A stretch of 64,000 nucleotides of DNA, from NCBI GenBank assembly GCA_040218735.1, contig JAVJQW010000019.1, positions 224,001 through 288,000 of the forward strand, written 5' to 3'. The notes beneath the pieces are model-generated. The model had not been told where the DNA came from. It did not search any database and worked only from the letters and a program-made list of their open reading frames with translations. Both the position numbers and the translations under genes were made by a program. Source of the DNA: Deltaproteobacteria bacterium. Its GTDB lineage: Bacteria > Myxococcota > Kuafuiibacteriia > Kuafuiibacteriales > Kuafuiibacteriaceae. Positions 1 through 9,867 of this stretch are shown here, piece after piece (the first letter of the stretch is position 1; the number at the start of each line of letters is the position of its first letter).

Positions 1-344
1 AACGGAAGCTGGTCGTGGGGGTCTGTACGTGGGGCGGCCTGGAGCGTTGGGTATCCGAACGCCGAGATCGAGAGGCGACGGAGGCGCTAGAGGAACTCGA
101 GTCGGGCGACAGGGTTCGGCGGGAAGGGGGAGAGATGCGAGGGGACGGCGTTCGCGTGCGTTCGCACGGTGAGGTCCGTCGGGTGGCGGCGATCGGTGAT
201 GTAGGTGTCGGGACGAGGGCTGTGGATGACCTGTGAAGACTCGCGAGTTGGAATTGGGGCGGGCAGCGTGGACGTATACGGATATTGGGGACTTGGTGAT
301 TCTCAGCTGGTCTTTGGGACAATTCACAGGTGCTGGCATCGGAG

Positions 345-360
345 CGTTGCACGTGGAACG
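345..360. promoter_or_regulatory. parS-like site (ParB binding)
   Basis: CGTTGCACGTGGAACG, near-palindrome matching the parS consensus TGTTNCACGTGNAACA; close to oriC. Confidence 0.7.
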
Positions 361-1269
361 AGATGGCCAGTTGGAGTTCGAGGGGTGGAGGAGTTTGGGA
401 GAGTGGGTTGAGGCCGATCCTGACTTAGATCTCGGAATCAAGGGGGTCCTGGTTGTTGTTGAGCGAGGCTTCCCGGAGGGAGTCTAAGGCCCGCGGGACC
501 ATAAAGAGCGGTGGGACAGGGAACGGTGGCGCGAGTCTGAATGCTGGCCCCAACCCATGTGGAAGCCCGTCTGTACGTCGGGACTTTTGCAGATCCAACA
601 ACCGTTCGCCGACCTCTCGGTGCTCGGCCCGAGCGTGGCCTCCAACGACGACGAGCCTCGCAACCCAAAGTTCGACACTCCAGATTTGGTCCCCTCGTTC
701 GAAACGTCCGATTGCGCGCTTCGTCGGCGGCAGGCTGGACGGCGGTTTGCTGAACGCGCTTCCAACGAGGGAAGCGGAGGCAGAGCGACCGCTACGTATT
801 CCTGAGCGGGACGTGTCAACTAAACGGACCCGAGGCTGCCGTCCGAGTTCGAGGCCTTGAGCCCCAGGGCGTGCTGCGGACATATGGTCTCGAGGATTCT
901 TCGGTATGTATGGCTCTAGCTTGCAGTCACCTGCGGTCCTGCTGACTCGCAGCTCGGATGCGAACCTAGGCCGCAGAGTTGTGGTGCGCTTAGCTCCCTG
1001 CCAATCGGCTTCGGACCTAAGCCTGGTCCCACTAGCGGACGGTTCCGGCCGTTTGGCTGGATTGTTGAGGCTGCAACGGACACGGCGATGTACTGTGATC
1101 GCAACGTAGTCGGGGTCGGTTCGGCGAAGGAAGCGAGTCGGCCTCATTCGTGGGAGTGCTCGGAACGGACGTTCGTGTGGTAGCGCACCCGCCGACCCCG
1201 ATTCTACAGATCCCCGGCCCGTCGGAGCGGCGCCCCAGCATGTAGGTCTCGGGCAACGGCGTGGCTTCG

Positions 1270-1285
1270 TGTTCCACGTGGAACG
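1270..1285. promoter_or_regulatory. parS site
   Basis: TGTTCCACGTGGAACG, 15/16 match to TGTTCCACGTGGAACA. Confidence 0.9.
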
Positions 1286-1927
1286 ATGGTGACTGTAGCA
1301 ACCTCCTTCAGCTGGGTGGTCCCCGCTCAACTGGGCCGGACACGCGGCGGCCTTGGGCTCCAGGTTGACGAGCACCAGGGGAGGACGGACTGGCGACGCA
1401 AGGTCGTGAACTTCACCCCCCTCTTGAGGTCGTCTCAGCGCACCACCATGGCAGCCGCGAGGTTGCGAACACGAGAGCGGAGTTGTCGACCTCGTTGCTT
1501 CGACCTCCTCCGGTCCCCCGTCCTCGTCCGCCATGCAACGGGATTGCGACCGCTACTGCGCCCCAAATCCCAGAAACCCGAGAGGGCGCGAGGGCGCACC
1601 TAAAGGCTAGCTGTGAACGGCTGCGCATTCGACGAGCGGACCCGCCCTCGGCCGTCCGCATGGGGTCGCCCACCAACGCATTCGGCCGTCGGCGCTGTTC
1701 GGAGCAGCTCTTCCCTCGCCGCAAACCCAAGTGCGGTTGTGGGACACAGTCGAACACAGCTTGCCTACTGCTATCGGGGGTCCCTTCTTCGTGATGGCCA
1801 CGAGTGCGGCCGAAGGCGACCTCGGGCCAGGGGAACTTCTTTGTCGCAAGCCTGCGCCGGACGGTTTGACGCCGTAATCCCTGGGCCCGCGTTCCCGAGC
1901 TTGAGTTGGCCGAACACTCACGGCCGC

Positions 1928-1943
1928 CGTTCCACGTGAAACA
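1928..1943. promoter_or_regulatory. parS site
   Basis: CGTTCCACGTGAAACA, matches the parS consensus. Confidence 0.9.
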
Positions 1944-3396
1944 CCCCTGTGACTCCCCGCTCTCCTTCGGGGCGCCCCACCGCCCGACTACGGCTACGCG
2001 TGCTAGGGCGGACTGGGCCATCTCTTTGCCGACGCGGCCTTTGCCGAGGTGCACTCGCGAACGACGCTCGCGGTAGCTACGGGACTTCGTTTCGGCCCGA
2101 GCGGCGGACTTCTCGGAGCGGATGCTCGAGACGGTTCCCCCAACCGCGGGGTTCCAGAAGACTGCGCGTCAAAGCTGGGTGGAGTGCTTCTCTTCGAACC
2201 AGAGCGGGGCCCCGAGCTGAACGTCCGAACACGACCGTTGCGCTGGTCGAGGATGTGACCGAGCGTCTCGAGAGGTGGGGATCCGCTCTCTTCCGGTAGG
2301 TTCCGAAGAGGGCGTGTGGGGAGCGCCGCCATCCCAAACACCGCCCGAGACCGTCCAATCCGAGGATGGGCGAAGGGCTAAGAGACGGGAGGCGCCGCCC
2401 ATCTAGATGATGAGACGTTGGGCTTCCGGCTCAAGGCCGCAATTGGTGCTCGCGTCTCCGGCCACGACTCAACCAAGAACACGAACCCCGTCGCAGACCG
2501 CGTGCAGTCCGCCTTCGGGCACGCTCATCCCCGCTCCCGCCAAAAACCCATGCACAGCAACTCCTACGCGGCACCTCGAAGCAAAGGCACGGATGATGAG
2601 AACGCGCCTGGCCACATCGTGTGTGACGTCGGGGACTACGGGTCGGACTTCGGCGAGGCATCTTCGTCGCTGGACGTCGCGCGACGGAGGAAGTCGAGTC
2701 ACCCCGGCGACCGAGTCGCCCGGAGGGGCGGCCGAAGGCCGCGCGGAGACCAACGGCAAAATGAACTGCGAGCATGACCGGCGAGGATGAGCCGTTAGTG
2801 TCCCGACCGGGATAACAGATGCAATCCCGCACCTCGATCGGAGAGTCACGCTCCGACACACCCCGTCGGAACCCGAACGCAATCGTGTTCCGGGCCTCGT
2901 AACCAATCACACCCCGTTCTCGAGCTCCAACGGTGCTCTCAACCGGCGCCACACGCCCGAGCCTGCTCAACGCGAACCAGGCCAATGCACACAACCGCGC
3001 CCCCCGGCAGCGTCGTTCACCACCGGACGACGATGTCATGCCCTGCGGCCGCAAAGCGCGGTCCGATAATGTCACCGCCGATCGGCATCGATACCCTCGC
3101 GGCACCCCGAAGACGATAAGGCTCCAGACACGCCTCGGCACGTGCCACGAAAGCCCGACCTACGCGCCGGAAGAGATGACACACGACAGCCGGAACGCTG
3201 CCTCCAGACCCGTTCGAGAAAACGGTCCCCTGTATCACGCGAATGCCCCGCGCTCGCTCACTCACCGCACAACACCTGCGCACGCCCAGGGACGACCTCG
3301 TCCGATCGGCGCTCGCCACAATCCCGCGCGTCACGGCTCTCGGCCGCTCCATCCCGAACGAACCGACGTCCCGATCAAGTTTCTTGCCGCACCGCG

Positions 3397-4026
3397 TCAA
3401 ACAGCGCTGTCGCCGGTCAGGAGCGCCTCGAGCTCGCCGACCTCCCGCAGCAACGCGTCCACATCGACGCGTTCGGCGTCGACCGCGCCCAGCACCTCGG
3501 CCCAGCCAGGCTCGTCGCCGCCGCGCCACATCGCGCGGAGCCGACCTTCGACGCGGTCCAACGCGGAGGTCGCCGCTTCCACCGCGCGACGCATGCTCCC
3601 CATCTCCTGACGAAGCTCGTAGATGGTGCGGTCACGCTCCGCGAGCGCCTCCTGCATGCTCTCGATCATCCACTCGCGCTCGGAGCGAATCGCAGACACA
3701 AACGCGTCGCGCAGCGTCTCTAGATCCGACCGGCTCAGGCCACTCACGACGCGATGCCCCGGCACCGAGGAGATCGACTCCACCTCGCTCGCCGGGTACG
3801 GCACCAAGCTCTCCATCGGCCGACGGGCCGGGCGCCAGCTCGACGCTGGTCGACCCACGCCGGTCAGCCGCTCCACGTCCGCCACCGGCACGCGCATCTC
3901 GGGACCGCTCGGTCCTTCGACTACGAAGCGCCCCGGAAACGCACCCTCGCGGACCCGACGCTCCAACGTCGCGTAGTCCACGCCGAGGAGCTCGGCGACT
4001 TCACGCAGCGAGTAACTCTCGACCAT
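3397..4026 (-). CDS. MerR/excisionase-type HTH DNA-binding protein with C-terminal coiled coil
   Basis: N-terminal YSLREVAELLGVDYATLERRVREG HTH; heptad-like QEALAERDRTIYELRQEMGSMRRAVE; host-like codon bias; last gene of the rpmH-jag run. Confidence 0.75.
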   Translation of the reverse strand: MVESYSLREVAELLGVDYATLERRVREGAFPGRFVVEGPSGPEMRVPVADVERLTGVGRPASSWRPARRPMESLVPYPASEVESISSVPGHRVVSGLSRSDLETLRDAFVSAIRSEREWMIESMQEALAERDRTIYELRQEMGSMRRAVEAATSALDRVEGRLRAMWRGGDEPGWAEVLGAVDAERVDVDALLREVGELEALLTGDSAV

Positions 4027-4028
4027 CG

Positions 4029-4235
4029 TCAGATCGCTCCGCCCCGAACCAAGGCCGCCTCGACCTGTTGTTCGTGCTCGCGCAGATACACGTCGACCTC
4101 CTCGTCCGTCAGGCCGAGGTCCGTCAGCGCGCCTTGATAGATGCTGTTGGCAGATTCGCTCGAGCCGTTCTCGGCGAGCGTCTTCTTGAGGCAGGCTGCG
4201 CCGAAGAGTCGTTCCTGTCGCGACTTCGGCGCCAC
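4029..4235 (-). CDS. small hypothetical protein (68 aa)
   Basis: GTG start (APKSRQERLFGAACLKKTL...); fits tightly between jag and the HTH gene; helical acidic composition. Confidence 0.65.
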   Translation of the reverse strand: MAPKSRQERLFGAACLKKTLAENGSSESANSIYQGALTDLGLTDEEVDVYLREHEQQVEAALVRGGAI

Positions 4236-4251
4236 CGCGAGAACTTTTGCC

Positions 4252-5226
4252 CTAGATCCCGGTCTCCTGCAACTCGGCCGACTCCGTCGGCTCCACTGCA
4301 TCGGCCTGCACCTCGGCGCTCTCCGCACCGTCCTCGTGACCCTCAGCACCCTCGCGACCCTCACCGTCCTTGCGACGACGACGCCGGCGCCGACGTTTCT
4401 TCCGGCCACCCGCGAGCTCATCCGGAACCACGTGCATCTTCCGGTAGAGCCCCTCGCCCTCCGACACCGTCCGCACGCCAGGAATCGACGTCACCGTCTG
4501 GTGAATCGCGCGCCGATCCGCCGCCAACATCGGGTGCACCGTCAGCACCTTGTTGAGCGACTTCGCCCGCTCCGCGAGCCGGCGCCCGAGCTCCACCAGC
4601 GTGGGATCGAGATCCGGATCCAGCTCGGCCGTCTTCGCCGGGGCCGAAGCCTCCTTCGGCGCCGCCGCACGACGCTCACGACGCGGCACCGCGGGCACCT
4701 CCACGAGGATGTGCTTCCGGTCGTCCGGGAACCGATTCACGATCTTGTTCAGCAGGAACTGCAACGAAGGAATCGCCGGCGGCCGGCTCTTCCCTAGCAC
4801 CTCGACCACGTCCGTCGAGCCCTCGGCCTCCTCGATGACGATCACGATCTGCTCGTGCTCGTCCCGCACGCTCACCGCCGCCGCGAGGCCCATCTTCTCG
4901 AGCAACCCCCGAGCGACCTCTTCGGCCTGCGCCGCCTTCTCCGGCGTCGGCCCGACGATCCCCGGCGACTTCTTCTTCTCCGCCGGCGCCTCCACGGCGC
5001 TTTCCTCGGCGTCGTCGTCCGACGCCGCTTCCGCTTCCGGCGCCGCAGCACCGTCCGGAGCACGCACCTTGATCTGCACCGGCCGCGCGCCGAGCCCGAA
5101 GACTCCGCCCGACCCCTCGTCGATGACCGTGTAGTCCAGCGCGCTCGCTTCGACCTTCAACGCCGCGCACGCCTTCTCGACCGCTTCTTCGACCGAAGTT
5201 CCCTCGAATTCGATTGTGTTCGACAC
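4252..5226 (-). CDS. jag: Jag/EloR (KhpB) RNA-binding protein
   Basis: Jag_N motif EFEGTSVEEAVEKA...GGVFGLGARP; R3H motif DRRAIH...SEGEG; downstream of yidC; GTG start with GGGAG RBS. Confidence 0.9.
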   Translation of the reverse strand: MSNTIEFEGTSVEEAVEKACAALKVEASALDYTVIDEGSGGVFGLGARPVQIKVRAPDGAAAPEAEAASDDDAEESAVEAPAEKKKSPGIVGPTPEKAAQAEEVARGLLEKMGLAAAVSVRDEHEQIVIVIEEAEGSTDVVEVLGKSRPPAIPSLQFLLNKIVNRFPDDRKHILVEVPAVPRRERRAAAPKEASAPAKTAELDPDLDPTLVELGRRLAERAKSLNKVLTVHPMLAADRRAIHQTVTSIPGVRTVSEGEGLYRKMHVVPDELAGGRKKRRRRRRRRKDGEGREGAEGHEDGAESAEVQADAVEPTESAELQETGI

Positions 5227-5304
5227 GCCTGTCGCTCCCTCACAACCGGCGGGCAGCGCATGACGCCGCAACCAACCCGGCTCCCAAGTCACCCGGTGAG
5301 ACCG

Positions 5305-7047
5305 CTACGCTTTGCTCTCTTGCGCGGGTGCGGGGCTCCCAATGGGCCCCATCGTCTTGTTGATAAGCTGCATCTGAACGATGGTCAACAGGGTGTTCAC
5401 GACGATGTAGAAGCACAACCCGGCCGGCAGCGCGGACATCATCCCGCCGAACACCAGCGGCATCGTGTACATCATGATCTTCTGCTGCATCGGGTCCATC
5501 GTGCTCGGCGTCAGCTTCTGCTGAAGGAACATCACGACCACCAACGTCACCGGCAGGATCCAGAACGGGTCCCGCGTCGTCAGGTCCGGAATCCACAAGA
5601 ACCCCTGCTGATACAGATCCACCGAAACCCACAACGACCGGTACAGCGCGAACCAGATCGGCATCTGGATCAGCATCGGCAGACACCCACCCGCCGGGTT
5701 CACGTTGTGCTCGCGGAAGAGCTTCATCTGCTCCTCGGACTGCCGCTGCCGGTCCTCCGGGAACTTCTTCTTGATCTCCTCCATCTGCGGCTTGAGCGCC
5801 GCCATCGCCCGCATCGACTTGCCGGAGCGCTGGTTCAACGGGAACAGCACCAGCTTCACCAGCACCGTCAGCCCGATGATCGCGACGCCCCACGACCCGG
5901 TCCACCCGTGGATCAACGCCAAGATCCACAGCAGCAAGCTGCACAGCGGCGCCAGGTTCAGCCCGAAGATCTTGTAGTCGACCGCACCCTCGAGCTTCGC
6001 GTCGACCTGCGTCAGCAGCGACTGCTTCTTCACCCCGAGGTACGCCGTGAACTTGTGCCGCGTCTCTCGGCCCGGCGCGAGCGTCACCTTCTCGGCAACC
6101 AACCCCGCACGCGCCCGACGCTCCTTCGCGCCGAGCTTGCAGCTGTGGTCCATCCCGTCGCGCGCGATGATCGCGGCGAGGAAGTACTGCCGGTCCATCG
6201 CGACCCAACGCACCGACTCCGAGAACGCCTCCTTCTCGTCGGCGAGGCTCTTCACGTCGAACCGCTCCACCTCGCTGTCGGTGAAACACAACCCCTGAAG
6301 GTGATCGGGCGGCGGGATGAACCGCGAGAAGAAGCCGCCCCCCTGCACCATCGCGTCGCTCGCCTTGAGCGCCGACCCGACCTGGAGCCGGTGGGTGTGC
6401 TCGCGGTTCGACTCGTTACGAATCGTCACCGCCATCTGCACTTCGAACGAGTCCTTGCGGAACGCGTACTCGCGCTCGATCACCACGCCGTCGTCGGAGC
6501 GGAAGCGATACTTCACCCTCCCGGCTTCGGGGTCCGCCTCGACCACCTCGTAGATCGGCAGCGCGGGCACCGCGAACGTCGTCCCCTCCAAGAACGTGAC
6601 CGAAGCCATCTGACGGTACGCCGCTTCGCTGTCGTCGCGGATGCCGTCGATCGAATCCGAAAGCCCGATCGGGTCGGTCGTCGCGCGGTTTTCGTGGTCA
6701 CGCTCGAAGTACGACTCGAGCACGAACTGATCGATGCCGCCGCCGGCGTTCGTGATCTCCGCCTTGAACGGGACCTCCATCCCGTCGACGTCGACGACCC
6801 CGCGGAACGTGAAGTCCTCGCGCGCGACCGAGGGGCGCGTCGGCGGTGCCTTCGCGACGACCGTGCTGGTGTCCGTGGTCGGCGGCGCCTCGGCGACGAC
6901 CGCTGCCGTCGACGTCTTGGTGCCTCCGTCTTCACCGGCGGCGAGCTTCTGCTTCGGCTTCGGGAAGAGGATGGGCCAGACCATCAACACGAGCAGGCAG
7001 AGCCCGGCGGCGACCACGAGTCTTCGATTGTTGTGTTCGTCTTCCAT
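5305..7047 (-). CDS. yidC: membrane protein insertase YidC
   Basis: WGVAIIGLTVLVK, GGCLPMLIQMPIWFALY, FLWIPDL..DP motifs; conserved synteny; start trimmed to MEDEHNNRR. Confidence 0.97.
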   Translation of the reverse strand: MEDEHNNRRLVVAAGLCLLVLMVWPILFPKPKQKLAAGEDGGTKTSTAAVVAEAPPTTDTSTVVAKAPPTRPSVAREDFTFRGVVDVDGMEVPFKAEITNAGGGIDQFVLESYFERDHENRATTDPIGLSDSIDGIRDDSEAAYRQMASVTFLEGTTFAVPALPIYEVVEADPEAGRVKYRFRSDDGVVIEREYAFRKDSFEVQMAVTIRNESNREHTHRLQVGSALKASDAMVQGGGFFSRFIPPPDHLQGLCFTDSEVERFDVKSLADEKEAFSESVRWVAMDRQYFLAAIIARDGMDHSCKLGAKERRARAGLVAEKVTLAPGRETRHKFTAYLGVKKQSLLTQVDAKLEGAVDYKIFGLNLAPLCSLLLWILALIHGWTGSWGVAIIGLTVLVKLVLFPLNQRSGKSMRAMAALKPQMEEIKKKFPEDRQRQSEEQMKLFREHNVNPAGGCLPMLIQMPIWFALYRSLWVSVDLYQQGFLWIPDLTTRDPFWILPVTLVVVMFLQQKLTPSTMDPMQQKIMMYTMPLVFGGMMSALPAGLCFYIVVNTLLTIVQMQLINKTMGPIGSPAPAQESKA

Positions 7048-7058
7048 CGGGTCCTTCG

Positions 7059-7319
7059 TCAGGGCGGATCGAATCCACCCGGATGAAGCGGGTGGCAACG
7101 CAAAATTCGACCCAGCGCACGCACGGTGCCGCGGAAGGGTCCGTCCTTTTGGATCACGGCGATCGCGTACGCGCTACAGGTGGGGTGAAAACGACAGCGC
7201 GCGCCGCCGAGATGCAGCACGGGCGAGAGCACGAGTTGGTACCCGCGCACGAGGAAGACGAGGACGGACGACAACAAAGCCAACGGCCAGGGACGAGCTT
7301 CCGGGGCTTCGGGCGTCAC
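7059..7319 (-). CDS. yidD: membrane protein insertion efficiency factor YidD
   Basis: [32 protein letters not shown]. Confidence 0.96.
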   Translation of the reverse strand: MTPEAPEARPWPLALLSSVLVFLVRGYQLVLSPVLHLGGARCRFHPTCSAYAIAVIQKDGPFRGTVRALGRILRCHPLHPGGFDPP

Positions 7320-7735
7320 TTCTTGCGCTTTCCTCTCGGACGGGGCCGGCGTGGAGCAAACGCGCGACGACCCGCCACTTCGATGGGACCGAGCAGCTCG
7401 TCGACGAGCGCTCCGAGACCGCCGACGACCAGCGCCCGCGCCTCGGGCTTTGCTATGAACACGTAGTCGACGTCCGGCAAGTCGGATCGCAACCGACGGA
7501 ACATTTCCTTGAGGAGCCGGCGGATGCGGTTGCGCACCACGGCGTTGCCAACCTTGCGGCTCACGGCGCAGCCCATGCGCGCGCCCGCGTCGGCGAGCGT
7601 AGGACGCGCGACGATCGTGAACGACGGCGTGTGCACACGCGCGCCTTCTCGGTGGATCTTTCGGTACTCCCAGCGCTGACGAACCCGCGCTTCGCGCGGG
7701 AACGGCCCGGTGTCGGAGAGGACGGGCGAGCGCAC
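7316..7735 (-). CDS. rnpA: ribonuclease P protein component
   Basis: [25 protein letters not shown] (RNR motif). Confidence 0.96.
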   Translation of the reverse strand: MRSPVLSDTGPFPREARVRQRWEYRKIHREGARVHTPSFTIVARPTLADAGARMGCAVSRKVGNAVVRNRIRRLLKEMFRRLRSDLPDVDYVFIAKPEARALVVGGLGALVDELLGPIEVAGRRAFAPRRPRPRGKRKK

Positions 7736-7751
7736 GGGGCGCGAGGGGGTG

Positions 7752-7904
7752 CTACTTCTTGTAGGTCGAGACGGTGAGGCGCTTGCGTCCGCGCTTGCGG
7801 CGGGCGGCGAGCACCTTCTGCCCGTTGTTGGTGCTCTTGCGCTTGCGGAAGCCGTGCTTGCGCTTGCGGCGGAGGTTCGACGGCTGAAAAGTTCGCTTCG
7901 TCAT
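7752..7904 (-). CDS. rpmH: 50S ribosomal protein L34 (absent from the ORF track)
   Basis: Translated by hand: [50 protein letters not shown]; GAGGAG RBS upstream. Confidence 0.97.
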   Translation of the reverse strand: MTKRTFQPSNLRRKRKHGFRKRKSTNNGQKVLAARRKRGRKRLTVSTYKK

Positions 7905-8182
7905 GACGTGCTCCTCGGAGGGCGACCTTCACGCCACGTCCGGCCCGGGAGTGTCAAGCAACGACGCGCCAAACGAAACTTTTTGTCCCTCCCTCAGTGC
8001 TTCGCGTTGGCCCGAAAACGAGATCGACAAACACGGTTGATCCCGATTCCGATCCTCGGCTAGATCCGCGCTCCGCTTCGGGGGGCTGGGCGCAACGTTG
8101 ACGAAACGAAACTGCAACTGCGGGACACCGCAGCTCGGGCGCCCCTCCCACACCGCGCGCATTCCTTTTCGGGAGAGACGAC

Positions 8183-9574
8183 TTGCACGAGCATCCAGCC
8201 GGTTCCTGGGAACGCCTCCAGACTGCCCTCAAAGCCCGCCTCAATCCACAGGCGTACGCGACCTGGATCTCGCGGATGACCTGCATCCGCGATGACGGCG
8301 TCCAGTTGATACTCGGTCTACCCGACGTGTTCGGTGTCGACTGGGTGAACAATCACTACCGCCACGTCCTCGAGGAGGAGCTCGGCAAGATCACGCCCGA
8401 AGTTCGCCTCGAGATCAGCGTGAAACCCAACGGCGCACCGGAGCCCGCGACCTACGACGCGACGCCCCCGCCCGAGCCGAAGACGCCCAAAAAGGCGCCC
8501 CCGAAGCCGGAGCCGAAGGCCAAACCGACCCGTGCGCCGGATGAGACGCCCTCGGGCGCTCGCATCCCGATGAACGCGCGGTACACGTTCGAATCGTTCG
8601 TCACCGGGCCCTCGAACCAGCTCGCCGCCGCCGCCGCGCAGTCCGTCGCCGACAACCCCGGCCACGCCTACAACCCGCTGTTCGTGTTCGGGCGCGTGGG
8701 ACTGGGCAAGACCCACCTCATCCAGGCGATCGGCCACCGCGTGCGGAAAAAGAACCCGGCGGCCCGGGTGGTCTACCAGTCGACCGAGCAGTTCGTGAAC
8801 GAGGTGATCCAGGGGATCCGCTTCGAACGCATGGACGAGGTCCGCGCGACCTACCGCGCGTGTGACTGCCTCATCATCGACGACATCCAGTTCATCGCCG
8901 GCAAGGAGGCTTGCCAGGCGGAGTTCTTCCATACGTTCAACGCGCTGTACGACGCCCGCAAGCAGGTCGTGCTCACGTCGGACAAGCTCCCGCACGAGAT
9001 CAAGGACCTCGAGGAGCGCGTCCGGACGCGGTTCCAGTGGGGCCTCATCGTGGACCTGCAGCCGCCGGAGCTCGAGACGCGCGTCGCGATCGTGAAGAAG
9101 AAGGGCGAGACGGACGGCATCGATCTCGACGACGAGGTCGCGATGTTCATCGCCCAGTCCGTCCGTTCCAACGTTCGAGAGCTCGAGGGCTGCCTCATCC
9201 GAGTCAGCGCCTACGCCCAGCTCACGAACCAGCCGATCTCGATCGACCTCGCCAAGGAGGTCCTCAAGGACGTCCTGCCGGGCAAGAGCCAGCTGACGTG
9301 TGAGACGATCGTGAAGACGGTCTCCTCGCACTTCGACGTGAAGGTCTCCGACCTCAAGTCGCAGAAGCGGGGCCGCGCCATCGCGCTGCCGCGGCAGATC
9401 TCGATGTACCTGTGCCGCAAACACACCGGCTCCTCGTACCCGGAGATCGGCAACGCGCTCGGCGGCAAGGACCACACCACCGCCCTCAACGCGTTCAACC
9501 GCATCACCCAGCGGATGAGCGAGCCGGACATCAAGCGGCACGTCGAGGCCATCGAGCGCGCCCTCCTCGACTAG
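8183..9574 (+). CDS. dnaA: chromosomal replication initiator DnaA
   Basis: YTFESFVTGPSN, YNPLFVFGRVGLGKTHL, IDDIQF, EFFHTFNAL, GGKDHTT; TTG start with GGGAG RBS. Confidence 0.99.
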   Translation: MHEHPAGSWERLQTALKARLNPQAYATWISRMTCIRDDGVQLILGLPDVFGVDWVNNHYRHVLEEELGKITPEVRLEISVKPNGAPEPATYDATPPPEPKTPKKAPPKPEPKAKPTRAPDETPSGARIPMNARYTFESFVTGPSNQLAAAAAQSVADNPGHAYNPLFVFGRVGLGKTHLIQAIGHRVRKKNPAARVVYQSTEQFVNEVIQGIRFERMDEVRATYRACDCLIIDDIQFIAGKEACQAEFFHTFNALYDARKQVVLTSDKLPHEIKDLEERVRTRFQWGLIVDLQPPELETRVAIVKKKGETDGIDLDDEVAMFIAQSVRSNVRELEGCLIRVSAYAQLTNQPISIDLAKEVLKDVLPGKSQLTCETIVKTVSSHFDVKVSDLKSQKRGRAIALPRQISMYLCRKHTGSSYPEIGNALGGKDHTTALNAFNRITQRMSEPDIKRHVEAIERALLD

Positions 9575-9867
9575 GTCGGCGAAACAAAAGCGAATCCGGG
9601 ATGTTGACGACAAACCACAGCATGTTGTGTTCTAGTGCGCGAAAGGCACGATATGTTGTGGATGAAACTGGGGACGGATGTGGGCGAATGGCCGACGCGA
9701 TTCACACACAGTTCTCGGGTGTACGACTCACAGCCTTGACGTGCGTCACAAGCCGAACGAAATCCGAAAGTTGGTCCCTGTTCCCCGGAAATCACAGGAC
9801 CTACTACGACGACTGAGATCTTAATAAAGAGAAGATCAATGAAGCGTTCCTCGAAAGGGAGAGAGTC
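9575..9867. other. oriC (dnaA-dnaN intergenic origin)
   Basis: Degenerate DnaA boxes (e.g. TGTGGATGA 9657-9665); DnaA-trio-like CTACTACGACGACT 9801-9814; AT-rich GATCTTAATAAAGAGAAGATC 9817-9837. Confidence 0.85.

Noticed and set aside
15-487. Two short overlapping plus-strand ORFs (15-236, 233-487)
   Set aside because: Atypical codon usage, no recognisable motif, and they overlap the parS and DnaA-box-like sites. They cannot be supported as genes.
425-3610. Long ORFs in the parS island (e.g. 425-1534, 2933-3610)
   Set aside because: Arg/Pro/Ser-rich and without GC3 bias, as expected for chance ORFs in high-GC DNA.
4855-7086. 743-aa plus-strand ORF and similar long ORFs (29821-34110, 22589-25261, 53627-55684)
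   Set aside because: Antisense shadows of well-supported genes.
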